This document shows positions 35,659-49,556 of a DNA stretch of 64,000 nucleotides, piece after piece. Location of the stretch: positions 39,804,001-39,868,000 of the forward strand of contig NC_043015.1 of NCBI RefSeq assembly GCF_006345805.1, written 5' to 3'. A program made the position numbers and the translations under genes. The DNA comes from Octopus sinensis (Eukaryota). The first letter of the stretch is position 1. Each line of letters opens with the position of its first letter. The notes beneath the pieces were generated by a model. That model had not been told where the DNA came from and ran no database searches. It saw only the letters and a list, made by a program, of their open reading frames with translations.

Positions 35659-36761
35659 TAGCTATATATATATGCAAATACATAAACACATGACTGTTGT
35701 GTCCTCTTCTCTCAATAATCTAGAAGAGATAGAGTCGACCCTATTAATGTGATACAACTGACATGCTTTCCTGTCAGTAATCAGGCATGGCCACCACCAC
35801 CACCCCATTAATATATGTAATATAGTTAACATATTTTCCTGTCACACATCTTAGGCCTAATCTCTCTGTCACTTCTACAAAAACACCCCTCTTTGAACCC
35901 CTGCCAATACATCCCTGTTTCACTGACCTCCCCCTTATTACCAAACCTCTCCCCACCCCGACATAACCTTTAAAATCTTTCTCACTTCTTGTTCAATCTC
36001 TTATGATATGGTAATTGTTTCATTTCTGACATCAACATGTAGGAACTACTTATAGACCTAGATAATCCTACTTTATCTCTTATAGACTTAGATAATCCTA
36101 CTTATTTTTTAAAGACCCTAATAATATTTTCTTTTATAGACTTAAGTAAAATTACTTATCTCTTATAGACTTAGATAATATTGCTAATCCCTTATAATCC
36201 AGATAGAACTGTTCTTACTGACAAACCAATTCTTTCCCTGTGCTTTTTCTACATGAAATTCCCTGTCTAATTCCTCATCCTCTCATCGTGTGGTGTCAGT
36301 TAAAAGTCTTGGAGAGTGGAATTGGTCAATGGTTGAAGACCCAACTCTGTAATTTGGTTAAACGAACAAAGTAATTAAACAAATTTATGAATGTATACTA
36401 AAATTTTATTGCTACTAAAATATATTTATTGGTGTATACTAACCAGCACTGATTCATAATAAACAGCTTTTGTATATTTAAAACTGAGATAATTTTTCAA
36501 GGAATTGGCATAAAATATTTCAATTTGTCTTTTGGTAAATTCTAAATCAACTTTATATATATATTTATTGTTTATTTGTTGCTATTTGTTGTGCTGCCAA
36601 TAGCTTTCTGTTGTCTCTTGCCAGTGTACGTACGTATGTATGTATGTATATATAAACATAAATATATATATATATATATGTCTGTGTGTTTGTGCCTGTG
36701 TATATAAAAATATTGTTGGTAACAAAGTTGTCAATCTATTTCTTCTCTTTACGACTGACAG

Positions 36762-36776
36762 ATGTCCAATTGGAAG
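36762..36776 (+). CDS. DOCK9: Candidate 15-nt microexon of the DOCK9-like gene, phase 1-1
   Basis: ctatttcttctctttacgactgacag|ATGTCCAATTGGAAG|gtaaat; inserts DVQLE in frame between NYK and DLKHDY. Confidence 0.6.
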
Positions 36777-38999
36777 GTAAATTCTTACTTCTCTGTTGTC
36801 GGTGCAGTCTCTGCATCCAGACTGCATCGTTTCATTGTGTGATATGTAGCCAGGCGCTTACCAATCACCTTAGCCTTGTCACCATTGATCACTTATTACC
36901 AATCTGATCAATCACTTCATAACACTTCTTCTTCCTCTCTTATTTTCTTCTTTTCAGTGTAATTTTTTTTTTCTTCTCTTATTTTGTTTCTAGTTTGTTG
37001 TTGTTGTTGTTATTTTCCTGTTGCTTTTTTTTTTATGTGTGTCCGTGTGTCCGGGGGGCGAGCAGGTGGGGAACGTTGCCATTTTGATACACCTCTGGTT
37101 AATTCCAAGTTCCATCATAAACTATTTTGTACGTGTAACCAGTTCTTTATATTCCTGGTCACTCCTCCTTGTCTAATTAGGAATACAGCTTTTCCGTAGC
37201 TATTTCTAGGTTTGGTTTATTCCATGGAATGTTCTAGTCTTGTACATCATCTCCCTTCGTGGAGAACTGGCGCTGAGGAGATGTGAAGAATCCTTTACCA
37301 AAGTCATGTTTACCCTCAACTCTATTGAATAACCACTTCGGCCATTGACATTAATTAAAATAACAGGACAACTACTTCGTTAGAAGTCATGTTTTATGGG
37401 GTTTCATTTAATTACGTTTATTAATGAGGGAACAAATTTATTAGTAATTATTGATGCACACTATGTGTTGCTGCTGCTGCTACTACTACTACTTTACCTC
37501 GTATTAAGGCTGATTGATGTGTGTGTGTGTTGGTGTGTGCCTGTGTGTGTGTGCTTGTGTGTGTGTCTGTGTGTGTGTATGTGTAAGGAGGTGGGGGGAC
37601 TTGAGCTCTTTTGTATTTATTTCAGTTATCGATAAATTAGTTTTAGTTTTCCAAACATATCTCTGATCCATTTAGACCACGCCTGCTAGGGTTCTATTCT
37701 GACTGTCTCTTGGTGCTGTCATATTTGTATATATGTACACACACACACACACACACTACAACCTCTGCATCAGATGTTCCTACTGCAGTTGGATGCTGAG
37801 TCACAACAGATCATCTGAGGAAAACCTCATTGCATTATGTTTCAACAGATCAAACTGTATCTTGTGTTTATCATACTTTTTTTTACTGCATCATCATTTA
37901 ACACCCGTTGTCCATGCTGTCATGGGTTGGACAGTTTGACCAGGTTCCAGTCTGATTTGGCATGGTTTCTATGGCTGGATCCCCTTCCTAACACCAACCT
38001 CTCTAAGAGTGTAATGGGTGTTTTTATGTGCCACTGGCACGACACCAGTATCTTATCTTCCACGACTACAATTTCACTTGGCTTGATGGGTCTTCTGCTC
38101 AAGCACAGCATATTGACAAAGGTCTCAGTCATTTGTCATTGCTTCTGTGAAGCCCAACAACTGAAAGGTACTTTTTATGTGCCACCAGCACAGGTGCCAG
38201 TTTCATGACACCAGCATTGGCCACATTGCCTCCGTAAGGCCCAATACTCAACAGGTGCTTTTTATGTGCCACCAGCACAGGTGCCTGTTATGTGACACCA
38301 GTGTCAGCCATGGCTACAATTTTACTTAGCTTGACCGGTCTTCTAACTAGTAATACTGCTAAGAACAATAGTAACCACAGTGCTTCACTAGAAATAGACA
38401 GGATACTGATACTCTATGTGGAGCGCTATATCTTCTCACATCTTCTGGCAGACCCTTAATTTTTCCCAGAATAATAATTCTTTAGATTGTGGGATGTTGT
38501 CATTACTGTGCCTCCACAGTCGATAGTTCAGTGTTTCAAGAAGTATTTTGCCATTTTGAAATTTATTTATTTATTTTTATTTAATTTTTTTTTGCTGTTG
38601 TTGTTATTTCGTCTGCCACACTTGACCTCTCAACACTTGGCATGGCGTCCTTCTCTCTCTCTCTCTCTCTCGCTGACTGCTTCTTCACTGCTTGAAGTTC
38701 AGTCTTGGGAACTTTCTTCAATATTTCTTGTTTGTGGCCTTAGATCTGTCTTACTTTTTAAATTTTCTCTGTGTTGATTGTTCAATAAACACACACACAC
38801 GCATATATGTGTGTATGTACACATTTGCTTGTATTTAGATAAGCAAGTGTATGTATACATACGTTTATACTTCTGTGTGTTTATATACATAAGTATGTGT
38901 GTGTATATGACAAAAGGATCTGTGTTGATGCATACACACAAATCATATCTGGATGAATGAAGATGGTTTCCCTATCTGTTGTTTTATCTTCGTACTATG

Positions 39000-39230
39000 A
39001 TTTTACAGAGTTATATTCTTTACTGCTCTAGGCACAAGGCCCAAAATTTTGGGGGAGAGAACCAGTCGATTAGATCAACACCACTATGCAACTGGTACCT
39101 AATTTATCAACCCCGAAAGGAGGAAAGGCAAAGTCGACCTTGGCGGAATTTGAACTCAGGACGTAAAGACAGACAAAATACTGCTAAGCATTTCGCCCGC
39201 GTGCTAACGATTCTGCCAGCTCACTGCCTT
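39000..39230 (-). mobile_element. SINE, family A
   Basis: A/B boxes and body. Confidence 0.8.
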
Positions 39231-39329
39231 AATTAAGGGGATGAGTGTTGGTTGATGACCAAAAGAGTACCAACAGGTCCTCCAAAGGACTTCCTGTGTA
39301 ACATACTGGACAGGGTGTGTAGCTTGGAA

Positions 39330-39590
39330 ATGAAGGAATCTCTCCAGATTGAGTTGCTACTCTTCTGCATTCAGGGGTCACAGCTCTGGTACTATGGTCA
39401 TGTGATTAGACTGTCACGGGAGGAAATCACAAGATGGACTCTTCAGGCTGAGCCAAGTGGTCGGAGAGTGAAGGGTAGACCAAGAATGAGATGTTTTGAG
39501 AATATCCATAGACTCAGTTGGCCATGTTGGGGAATCCAAGGGGAAAGTATAATAATGATTGCTTCTCTGAGAATTCCAGCCCTGCAACTT
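39330..39590 (+). mobile_element. Degenerate RTE-like LINE C-terminal fragment
   Basis: QLWYYGHVIRL...AEPSGRRVKGRPRMR resembles the RLRWYGHV/GRGRPR end of RTE ORFs. Confidence 0.6.
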
Positions 39591-39904
39591 CCCCGGGAAC
39601 ACTCTGCTGAGAAAATGGATGAGTGGATGGATATAGTTTATATTCAAATCGTTTGTATTTTGCCGTATCTCTAAATAGATTGTTTTGTTTCAGTTCCTTT
39701 GAACTTTTGGTAGATTTACATGTGATGTATGTAGTGTCTCGAACAGCTCAACCTGCCCCTCAAAATAGAACAAATAACGGGCCATAAAGAGGCAGTATAT
39801 AGAGGTATAAGGTTTCTGAAATGTTTGACAGAAAGAGAAACATCATAAGATCAATTTAGTGACAGAAGTGGGTCTATGGTGATTGACGTTGTTGTTGCTG
39901 TTGA

Positions 39905-40262
39905 GTGAAGCGGTCTTCGTCTCATTAGTGGGAGAAGTCCGAAACGTGGTCCTTTGCTATTTGTATGACCCACAAAAGAGAAAGCAGGTCAACCCCTGAC
40001 ACCGAGAGCATCGACGGATGGATGAATGTGCATCCAGGCTCAGCGGTTGTGTAGGAAGTCGGGGACAAGAAACAGGAAGAAAGAGTGAGAGAAAGTTGGG
40101 GGCAAAAGAGTACAACAGGGGTCACCACCACCTCCTGCCGGAGCCTCGTGGAGCTTTGGGTGTTTTTGCTCAATAAACACACACAATGCCCGGTCTGGGA
40201 ATCGAAACCGCGATCCTCCGACCGTGAGTTCGTTGCCCTAACCACTGGGCCATCGCGCCTCC
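39905..40262 (-). mobile_element. SINE, family C
   Basis: Minus strand GGAGGCGCGATGGCCCAGTGGTTAGG..GGTTTCGATTCCCAGACCGGG. Confidence 0.78.
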
Positions 40263-40699
40263 TAATGTTGTTGTAGATGTGTGGGCCTAGTCAGGTTTAT
40301 CTTGGCACACATACGTCGTATAAACCACTCACTTTTGCATATATTGTATAAAGCCAGTTGATTAAACAAAAAATCGTTAAAATGTTGCTAAGTTTTACCA
40401 TCTTAGATAATGTATTTCCTATTTTGTGAGTTGTAGGGACCAAGTTGAGGGAGAATTGGCTGTTGTATTGGGCTGACTGCGGGATGCCTCACAAATTCAG
40501 GTTTCAGGATTCGTATTTTTAAAGTGAATCAGTATTTCTTGAGAAAAATGGTTCAGGAATTCTAATATCTGTAGAGATTCTCTTCCATTGAATCTATCTG
40601 GGAATCGGTCTTTGTTTTTTGTACTTGGAACGGAATCTTCTCAAAAGAGGATTAAGATAATCTGGAATTATTAGTGGATGTTATCACAGACTGAATACA

Positions 40700-41180
40700 G
40701 TTTTGTATGTATATGTATGCGTGTGTGTGTGTGTGTGTGTGAGTGTGCCTATGCTGGGAGAGATACTGGTATACAAAAATGTGTGTATATATGTGTGTAT
40801 GAGAATATACGTAAGCATGTGTGCGTATGTATATAATATATTACAGCCATGCTATGTGTATATATACACACACGTGTATGTGTGTGTGTGTATATATATA
40901 TATATACACACATATGCGTGTGTTTATATATACATATATACATATATATACACATATATACACACACATATATATATATATATACATATATACACACACA
41001 CACACGTATGTATGTATATATATATACACATGTATATATACATATACATACATTTGTATATATTTATATATATATATATACACGTGTGTATATATGTATA
41101 TATATATATACACATATGTATATATGTATATATATATGTATGTATGTGTATATATATATATATACATATGTATAATAACA
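40700..41180. repeat. Compound (TA)n/(CA)n/(TG)n microsatellite
   Basis: Direct inspection; similar tracts at 3560-3900, 26520-26590 and 59230-59450. Confidence 0.95.
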
Positions 41181-41905
41181 TGTAGGACATTAAGTATATT
41201 CTCAAATTTTGTGAAAAGATTTTTGTCTAGTTTCTCTTTTGTTCTTTGTCTCAATCTCTCCTTTGTCTCTCTCTCTCTCTCTTTTATTTTCGCTTCTTCC
41301 CCTGTTTTTAAAGCCAAATTTCCACCACTAACCCAAAGTTTATTTTTGTTCTAAAAGCTGGTCATGTAGTGCTTCCCCCCCTCCGTTGTGCCCTTCACCC
41401 CTCACCAACTCGCTGTTTAGATCAATAACCATTTCTTAGACGCTGCCGCCGCCTCTTTAGTGAGCATTACCAACAAGAATGCATTTTAACCAATGGCCAA
41501 AATTCAAACTTTAAATCTTTGATATTTTTGCTGTCCCCTTTTTCGACGCAGTTTTAGTCTGTTTTTAATCACTACTACCACTATGACCCCTCTGGTAAGC
41601 AATCAATTTTTATTGTTTTTTTATCTTTATTTTATTTGTTGTTAGTTGTTGTTTTATTTACTTGTAGTAGTTGCTTTTAATGTAGATATATTTGCACAGC
41701 TTCATCTTCTTCTTCTTCTTGTTCTCCTCCATATAATATTATGGAGGTGCCACGTTACTAATTCCACACCACAAATATCAGTATAAACTTTAATAATAAT
41801 ATTCTTCAAAATGGTTGAGGAATTACTGTCTTTATCATTACCATTCTTGTTGTTGTTCCATTCGATATGTTTTCCAGCCATCTCAGGTGCCATAGTGTCT
41901 CTGGA

Positions 41906-42055
41906 CACAGCCAGACTCTACCAATCCATCAGTTTTATATTTTACACCACAGCTAGACTCTACCAATCCATCAGTTTTATATTTTACACCACAGCCAGAC
42001 TTTACTAATCCATCAGTTTTTGTATGCAGCAACATAACCAGACTGTACTAATCCA
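41906..42055. repeat. 42-bp tandem repeat (~3.5 units)
   Basis: CACAGC(C/T)AGACT..AATCCATCAGTTTT at 41906, 41948, 41990. Confidence 0.88.
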
Positions 42056-42099
42056 TCTGTTCTGTTATTCTTTGGCCTATCGTGTTTGCTGAATCTCAT

Positions 42100-42480
42100 A
42101 ACTAAACATTCTTCGGCATCCTTCAAAATTTTGTTCAAACAGACAAAGAGAGTCACTGAGGATTTGAAAATTCTTATTGGCACAGAAATTGATTGAGATT
42201 GAAATGGCTTTTGGCTTCACTTTGGTACCAAAAATGATGATCCTGAAATAAATGACAGTGAAATAAGATTTCTCATATTATCTGAAGAATTGAATTCTCT
42301 ATACCGTTTTCGACCAATATATCTTTATAGATAGTACACTATTGTTAGAATTACATAGAAAATTGATTATATTTTCACATGGGAGTACATGAAAAATGTT
42401 TAGTTCCTACTGTTGTAATTATCAAAGAACCAGCATCCTATTTGAAGCAGATCACAATTCTTTGGTGCCATTCTGGTCTT
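42100..42480 (+). pseudogene. Very degenerate APE-type LINE endonuclease relic
   Basis: KIDYIF (42359-42376) and ADH (42448-42456) spaced like the RIDYIF/SDH motifs; stops and a frameshift. Confidence 0.35.
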
Positions 42481-43195
42481 TTACTTCAATAACAGACAAA
42501 AAAAAAAAAAAAAACTTATATTAATATGAAAGCTCTGGTGAATAATCCAATAATTTTTCAAAAAAACTCAACATAAATGTCTTTGAAAATCATTTACAGG
42601 AGGCATTCATGAAATCTCTGTCATGGAATTAACCGAAAACCAGAAATTGATTGAATTAATAGAATGAAAATTTAACGACAAGCAAACAATTACTTCTCAA
42701 GACTTAGAATAGCGTTAAAAATGGTAAAGACTGAAACATTCTCCAAGATTTAAATGTTTGTTAGAAAAGTATGCAAAAACACTTTTGAAATTCAGTAAAG
42801 AATATAAATATTGCAGATTGAAAAAGAATCAAAGTTTTTGCAGTATACAAGGGAGAGTCAAAAATTATATACATTCTTGTGTTTTTCAATGTATTTACAC
42901 AAAGGCAGGGGATAAACAAGTCCGTCATTTTTCTATGTAGAGACAAGATCCAAAGAGGGTGAGAGACATGACCGTTTCTTTGATGATGTCTGTCAGAATG
43001 GTCTGTTTTCTAATTTCTCCTTTCCAAGAACAGATAATTTGATTTTGCTGATATAGAAATACATCATCCGTTGGTCTTCATTCAAATCCTGGAATAGGGA
43101 GTTCAGTGACAGAAATTTCAAAAGAAACCAAGTGGAGATGCAAGAATTTTTGTACAAGACTCAACAAGGTGCTGCAGCCAATATGTTCTGGCAGG

Positions 43196-43234
<39 letters not shown>

Positions 43235-43380
43235 CATTATTTTACATTTGCTTGCCATGCTGGCATGGGTTGGACAGGATTAACACTGTCCAAGTCAGTT
43301 CTTTTACAGGATTATTGTCCTACAAGATGGGTTGGACAATATCTCTAAATGTATGTATATATAGTGATAAGATGTGTATG

Positions 43381-43420
<40 letters not shown>

Positions 43421-43729
43421 CATACATATATATATTGTTGCTATTGTGTTAAACTGTTGTATGTCCAAATTTGGCCAAATGCGGTTTTTTTCCAATATTT
43501 ATTTTTGCTTGCAATAGCCAGTTCTATTGGTCAAACTATCGTATCTCCAGCTGTTTCAGATGCCAGTATATCAAAAGTACGACAGTTTTGCTATGGGATG
43601 GTGTAACTATTTTTTTGTTTTCTGAAAAAGCAACGTTTTGGACTTATGACATTTTTACATAACACCAACAATATATATATATATGTATATACACACACAC
43701 ACACACACATACATACACACACACATGAG

Positions 43730-44180
43730 CCATCCCATAAATAATTCTGTTTTTTTATACTTCTTTTATTTTTCAAAATTAAGATAATCAAAGTTCTTTT
43801 TTAATCTAAAATATACTCTCCTTCATTTTCTACAATGCTCTTCCGTCTATCTCGTAGACTTGCGAGGCCCCTCTTCCAAATTTCATTCATCCGTAACGAA
43901 AAATATTCCTCCACTACTGTTCTGACCTCATCTACAGAATTCATATTTTTTCCATCTAAATGATTTTGAAGACTGTTAAATAAAATGATAATCACATGGG
44001 GCAATGTCTGGCAAATATAGTGGATGGAGCATCCTTTTCCGTTCAAACTGCTCCAGCCTTTGGAATGTCATCCTCGCTGTATGTTGCCAAGCATTATCCT
44101 GATGGAAGAATATCTTTTGTCTTGAAACCAAAGATGGTTGTTTCTCTTCTAGCACTGACTTAAGCTGCTCACAGTAGATC
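43730..44180 (-). mobile_element. mariner (DD34D) transposase 3' fragment
   Basis: HQDNAWQHTARMT...HPLYLPDIAPCDYH (34 residues D to D), then frameshifted LFNSLQNHLDGK...IVENEGEYILD*. Confidence 0.88.
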
Positions 44181-47000
44181 TCACATACATACATATATAT
44201 ATATATATATACATACACATGCACACAAACACCCACGTATGTACAAATGTGTATAAATATGTGTGTGTGTGTGTGTGTAAACTTATTTAACATTAAGCTG
44301 AAGAATTACTTGATATTTTCTTGTAGATTGCCTATTTATTATACTTTCACTAATGATTGGGTGACATTGTCTTAAAAGTGCCAACCTGTAGTTTTTGTCA
44401 GACTGCAGGCCAAAACTTTAAAGTCACTTTCACCCCTTCACACCACTTCTTGTAAAAACACACACACATACACACACACACATATATGTTAATTTTACAA
44501 GTGTTTCCCATGCCTGCATGGATTGGACAAGTACATATCCAAAAGCATTATTTTACAGCTGGTTGCTCTTCGTTTTGCTAACATTTACCTGTTTTTGCAA
44601 ATAAGGGTTTATACACTCACCCACACAATCACCTATATTAATATTTTTGTGGTAATTTCCATGTTTTTTGTAATAAATATCTGCCGATAGACGAATATTT
44701 TTTGGTTGTAAGAGAAATTTTATCTAAAAATTGAATTAATTTCTAAACTGTCTTTGACTCATACTGACCGAATCGGCTGCATGGCTACTCACTCACCTCT
44801 ACGTTGACTCTTCTAATATTACAGAACCTCTGCTGTTGTTTTGTTTAACTTCCTGGTTATTTGAGGACTTCGTTGCATGTTTGAGCAGCTGTGAACCAGG
44901 CAGCCGCCAGAAATTGAGCTTTTCATCCAGCCATTCTACAATGGCTCTGACAATTATTTTTTTTTTTTATTACCTTCTTTGTATTTTTTTTATTTTTAAA
45001 TACTGGCCAAAGATTCCTGCTGGTGATGCAATGTCCAGGTGCCAGAAGAATAGATGGAACAGATGCAAGAATAGTCAAATACATCCTCCGTTAATTGCTG
45101 TGTCTGTTGATTCAAGACTGCAAAATGATTCACTAATTACAACTCTGACCATTCTTTTGTATTGTTGCATAACAATCTGTCTTTCTTCTCGCAGAATTCC
45201 CTGATTCCAGTTCGGTTTATTATTGCTTCAACTCACCACATTTTATTTTGGTTTTCATTTTTGTTTTCAAAGAAAGAGGGAACATTTCCCCATAGTCTAT
45301 AATGTTTCACTGATTAGTGAAAGGGAAGGGTTAAAATCAATTTGGTTAAAGTCAGAAAAATTTGGGGTTCGTATAAGGTGGGAGCACAAGGGGATCACAG
45401 CGGTAGGAAAGGAGAAGGTCTATAGTTTTTCAGACGAAAGAAATAAATATAAAATTTAGTGTAAGAAGATGATGGGGAAAAGGAGGCATGGGTATAAAAC
45501 ATGTTGGCATCGGGTTTGGTTCTTGTTGTAAATTATAAAGAACAAAAGAAACAAGATATAGAAAGAAACAAGATATAATTATAAAGAACAAAAGAAACAG
45601 GATATAGATGTAGAAGAATGCAAAGAATTCATTAAAAAATGACATTTTTTAATTAAGGTCTGGAGCAGTGTGATGATGAGCCAAAGTAGATGGAATGAAG
45701 ATGAGTTGAAATCAGTTTTTCCATCATCTATTTATTGCTACTTGTAAAAGACATCCCAGATATGACAGTCTGGAAGAGCCAAAACAGAAGAATAGAAAAC
45801 CAATTCAGTTTTGACTATCAATTTACTTTTTGTTTATATATATATATGTATAAAGGTGATGCTCTAGTATGGCCGTAGTCAAATGACTGAAGCAAATAAA
45901 AGAATATATACACACACCCACACATTTATATATATATATGTGTGGGTGTGATGAATGATGATGTATTGAAGTGGTTAGCCAGTGTTTAGACATATTGGTT
46001 GGCAGTCAGGTTACCAAAATGGAATCGGTCACAGTTACTTGCATGACAAGAATTTTGTTGGCAATCCTACTTCATTGCTCACAACTCTATCAGCTTCTGT
46101 TGTCTTGTCACTAGCATCTTCTCTCTTTGGCTGGCATCAGCCCACTGTTCTCTGAAAACGATTCACTAGTTTGAATTTGTCTGCTTTATATCACCAATTC
46201 TTGGTTGCCAACAACAAGTCTGATTGGACAGACACTCATTGATGTCTTCACATTCATGAATTGTTTTGACCAGATTCTGAGAATTACTATTTTATAAAGA
46301 AAACCGTTGATTAGATTGTTTTTGCCGATGTTATTCAAAGAATTTGATTTGCAGTTTTTGGGCATCGTTGGTCAGATTTTTCATGCTAACATCAATTTGA
46401 AAACTTTTGTTTCATTGCTTTAAAAGAATCTAGGTATAATTTGGGGCAGAAACCTGTTATAAGGCTATGCTAAGATGTGCCAAACATTGGATAGCAAGAA
46501 TGTGTTCCATTGAAGAAGGTATTTAGAAATGGCAGAACCAAAATATTTGTTGTTTTTCAGATACTTAGGCAGATTTAGAAAACCTACGAGGTGAACTGAA
46601 GTAGGATGGCGGTCAGGGTTTTCTTATGGATAGTAAAAAAAATCTTTCACTTTGGGATCTGTTTTTTTTTCTTCTCCTTCTTAAAGTACTTCTTCCAGGA
46701 GTCAATAACCAATAATGTTTCTGCTGTGTAATCAATATTATTGAACAGATTGCCAAATACATGTCAGTTTAAGAATATCAGGGATTCATAAAGCAGTTTG
46801 TAATTTCTTCCTTGAATGAAGCAAATATAAGTTTTGTAAATATTTTTGGAATAAGCCATTTTCATTGTGTCATAAACATAGAAATAGGATTTTACTGAGA
46901 ACCGTTTATATTTTGGCAATAAAGGTTTTTGCTATTTGAAGTTGTTACTAACCGAAATTCTTGTTTGATTCCACTGAAACTATTTCTTTGATATCTATAG

Positions 47001-47179
47001 ATTTGAAACATGACTACACGTTATCTGAAGAATATCGAAAGAACCATTATTTGGCAGGGCTGCTCTTGCAAGAATTGAAAATAGCCCTGTATGACAGCAG
47101 AGACATTCATAGATGTGCCATCACTGTTCTAAGGAATCAGATTGCCAAACATGCGTTTGACAGTCGATATTGTGCCAAG
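47001..47179 (+). CDS. DOCK9: DOCK9-like exon 18, phase 1-0
   Basis: ctatag|ATTTGA...GCCAAG|gtattt; DLKHDYTLSEEYRKNHYLAGLLLQEL...AKHAFDSRYCAK. Confidence 0.94.
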
Positions 47180-47597
47180 GTATTTGGATTTTACCATTCT
47201 GTGTATAATGCATGACAATATTACAAATATATTATGACTAATGCATGGCCATATTTCACTCTTTTCTACCAGTGTATGACACTATTTCAACTATGTAATG
47301 ATAGAACTGGTTCACTACACTACAGCAACAATGTTTCACTCTATTATGTGTGTGTGTGTGTGTGAGATCACTACTGATGTAACAATGTACCACCTGATGT
47401 TGTAATATTAGTTGGAGGTAAGGCAGTGTATGACATGACTTTGTCAGATATTATACCAAGGTATGACTTTTTGTCTCAATGCTAGACCAATGTATGATCA
47501 CATCTTCCTACCTTCAACATACAGGTCAATCAATGTATGGCTGTATTTCATTACATTTCCATTCATTGGACAAACTTGTTCATAGCAGAGTGGAATC

Positions 47598-47628
<31 letters not shown>

Positions 47629-47780
47629 AAAATCAATGTGTCCATCTGTTCTAATTTAATTAAATTCTATGTCTTTGTGCAGCTGAGGATTGCTCTACAT
47701 GTTAAATTGATGTAATGATTGCATTCTTCAATTAAATGGAATTGCTTGAAATGATCGTACTGCATTATATGTGTTTGTAT

Positions 47781-48500
47781 ATCATCATCATCATCATCAT
47801 CATCGTTTAACGTCCGTTTTCCGCGCTAGCATGGGTTGGACGGTTCGACCGGGGTCTGGGAAGCCAGGGGCCGCTCCAGGCTCCAGTCTGATCTGGCAGA
47901 GTTTCTACGGCTGGATGCCCTTCCTAACGCCAACCACTCCGCGAGTGGAGTGGGTGCTTTTTACGTGCCACCTGCACAGGGGCCGGGGGGGGTCCGGCAT
48001 CGGTCACGATCGGTTCGAGCTTTTAACGTGCCAGTGGCACGGGAGCCAGCCAAGGCGGCGCTGGCAACGTTCGGATGGTCTTACCGGCACAGAGGCCAGT
48101 CGGGGCAGCGCTGGCATCGGCCACGTTCGGATAGTACTTTTTATGTACCACCGGCACAGGCATCATAACTCCTATTTCCATTGATATTTATTTCGACGTT
48201 CATGTTCATGTACTTGACTCAACAGGTCTCCTCAGGCACAGCAGGACGATCTGGGATCCGGGGTACTTTGAATGGGCAGGGGCTATGTGGAACTGATGCA
48301 GGAAGCAGCCCAGGTCTTTGCAGTCACAGCATATCTCCAGAGATCTCGGTCCTTCGCCATTGCCTCAGTGAGGCCCAATGCTCTGAGGTCATGCTTGACT
48401 ACCTCATCCCATGTCTTCCTGGGTCTACCTCTCCCCCTGATACCTTCAACTGTTTGGGAGTGGCACTTCTTCACACATCTCTCTTCATCCATCCGCAACA
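47781..48500 (-). mobile_element. 5'-truncated RTE LINE 3' end, related subfamily
   Basis: RMDEERCVKKCH...GRGRPRKTWDEVVKHDLRALGL...DRDLWRYAV, followed by a 3' UTR and (GAT)n tail homologous to 32874-33500. Confidence 0.9.
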
Positions 48501-48760
48501 AATGTGTGTGTGTGCGTGTATGTATGTATATATATATATATATATGTGTGTGTGTATGTATGTATGTATGTATACATATGTATACATGTATGTATATCTG
48601 TGACTTCAAAGACGTCTCATAAACGTGACTATTCTTCAGAAATCATTATGTCTGATTCTGTTTTCTGAATTTCCATATCTCGATATTTCGGTCATTGACC
48701 CATATTCCACCCTGACTTTTTTTTCTTTTCTTTTCTTATTTCTATTCCTTTCTTTTTCAG

Positions 48761-49001
48761 GGTCATCAAGGCCGAATAGCCGCCTTGTACCTACCTCTCA
48801 TCCCAATCCTCCTTGAAAGTAAGGAACGTCTGATGGACAATGCTGATAGTACAACGGCTGTCAGCTCCTCTACCCAGAATATAGATCTCAATGCTAGTAC
48901 TGATGGCTTCACCAATTCAGACTATCATCACAAAAGTATCTCGGGGATCGACCAAATCCATAAAAGAGATTCTTCATACTTTGATGTTATTGCCGGAAGA
49001 G
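48761..49001 (+). CDS. DOCK9: DOCK9-like exon 19, phase 0-1
   Basis: tttcag|GGTCAT...AGAG|gtacac; GHQGRIAALYLPLIPILLESKERL...DVIAGR. Confidence 0.9.
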
Positions 49002-49149
49002 GTACACCATTCTTTTACTCTCTTTTCTTCTCACAAATCTTGACAATTCGCTTCTGCTCTAAAATTTGTGCTTTTCATGTACTTGACTTAAAATATCAAA
49101 TCTTTCATTATTCAGCAAACTTCACTCCATATTTGACCACCTCTCTTTG

Positions 49150-49359
49150 ACTCTTTCTCTTTTACTTGTTTCAGTCATTTGACTGCGGCCATGCTGGAGC
49201 ACCGCCTTTAGTCGAGCAAATCGACCCCGGGACTTATTCTTTTTGTAAGCCCAGTACTTATTCTATCGGTCTCTTTTGCCGAACCGCTAAGTGACGGCGA
49301 CGTAAACACACCAGCATCGGTTGTCAAGCAATGCTAGGGGGACAAACACAGACACACAA

Positions 49360-49392
<33 letters not shown>

Positions 49393-49556
49393 CATATATA
49401 CGACAGGCTTCTTTCAGTTTCCGTCTACCAAATCCACTCACCAGGCATTGGTCGGCCCGGGGCTATAGTAGAAGACACTTACCCAAGATGCCACGCAGTG
49501 GGACTGAACCCGAAACCATGTGGTTGGTTAGCAAGCTACTTACCATACAGCCACTC
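49150..49556 (-). mobile_element. Full-length SINE, family B
   Basis: Reverse complement of the 8320 family. Confidence 0.85.

Noticed and set aside
40703-41354. Long YI/CV/HT-repeat ORFs here and at 3533-3917, 49716-50313 and 59195-59464
   Set aside because: Dinucleotide microsatellite translations.
41400-41600. GC-richer patch with CCAAT and CTG|GTAAGC, possible internal first exon
   Set aside because: The ATG frame ends in phase 0, incompatible with the next phase 1 acceptor; no other support.
44790-46960. Possible nested minus-strand gene (strong GAG|GTGAGT donor near 44797 and short open frames)
   Set aside because: A-rich acceptor, frequent stops in all frames, no recognisable motif; more likely an ancient TE relic I cannot classify.
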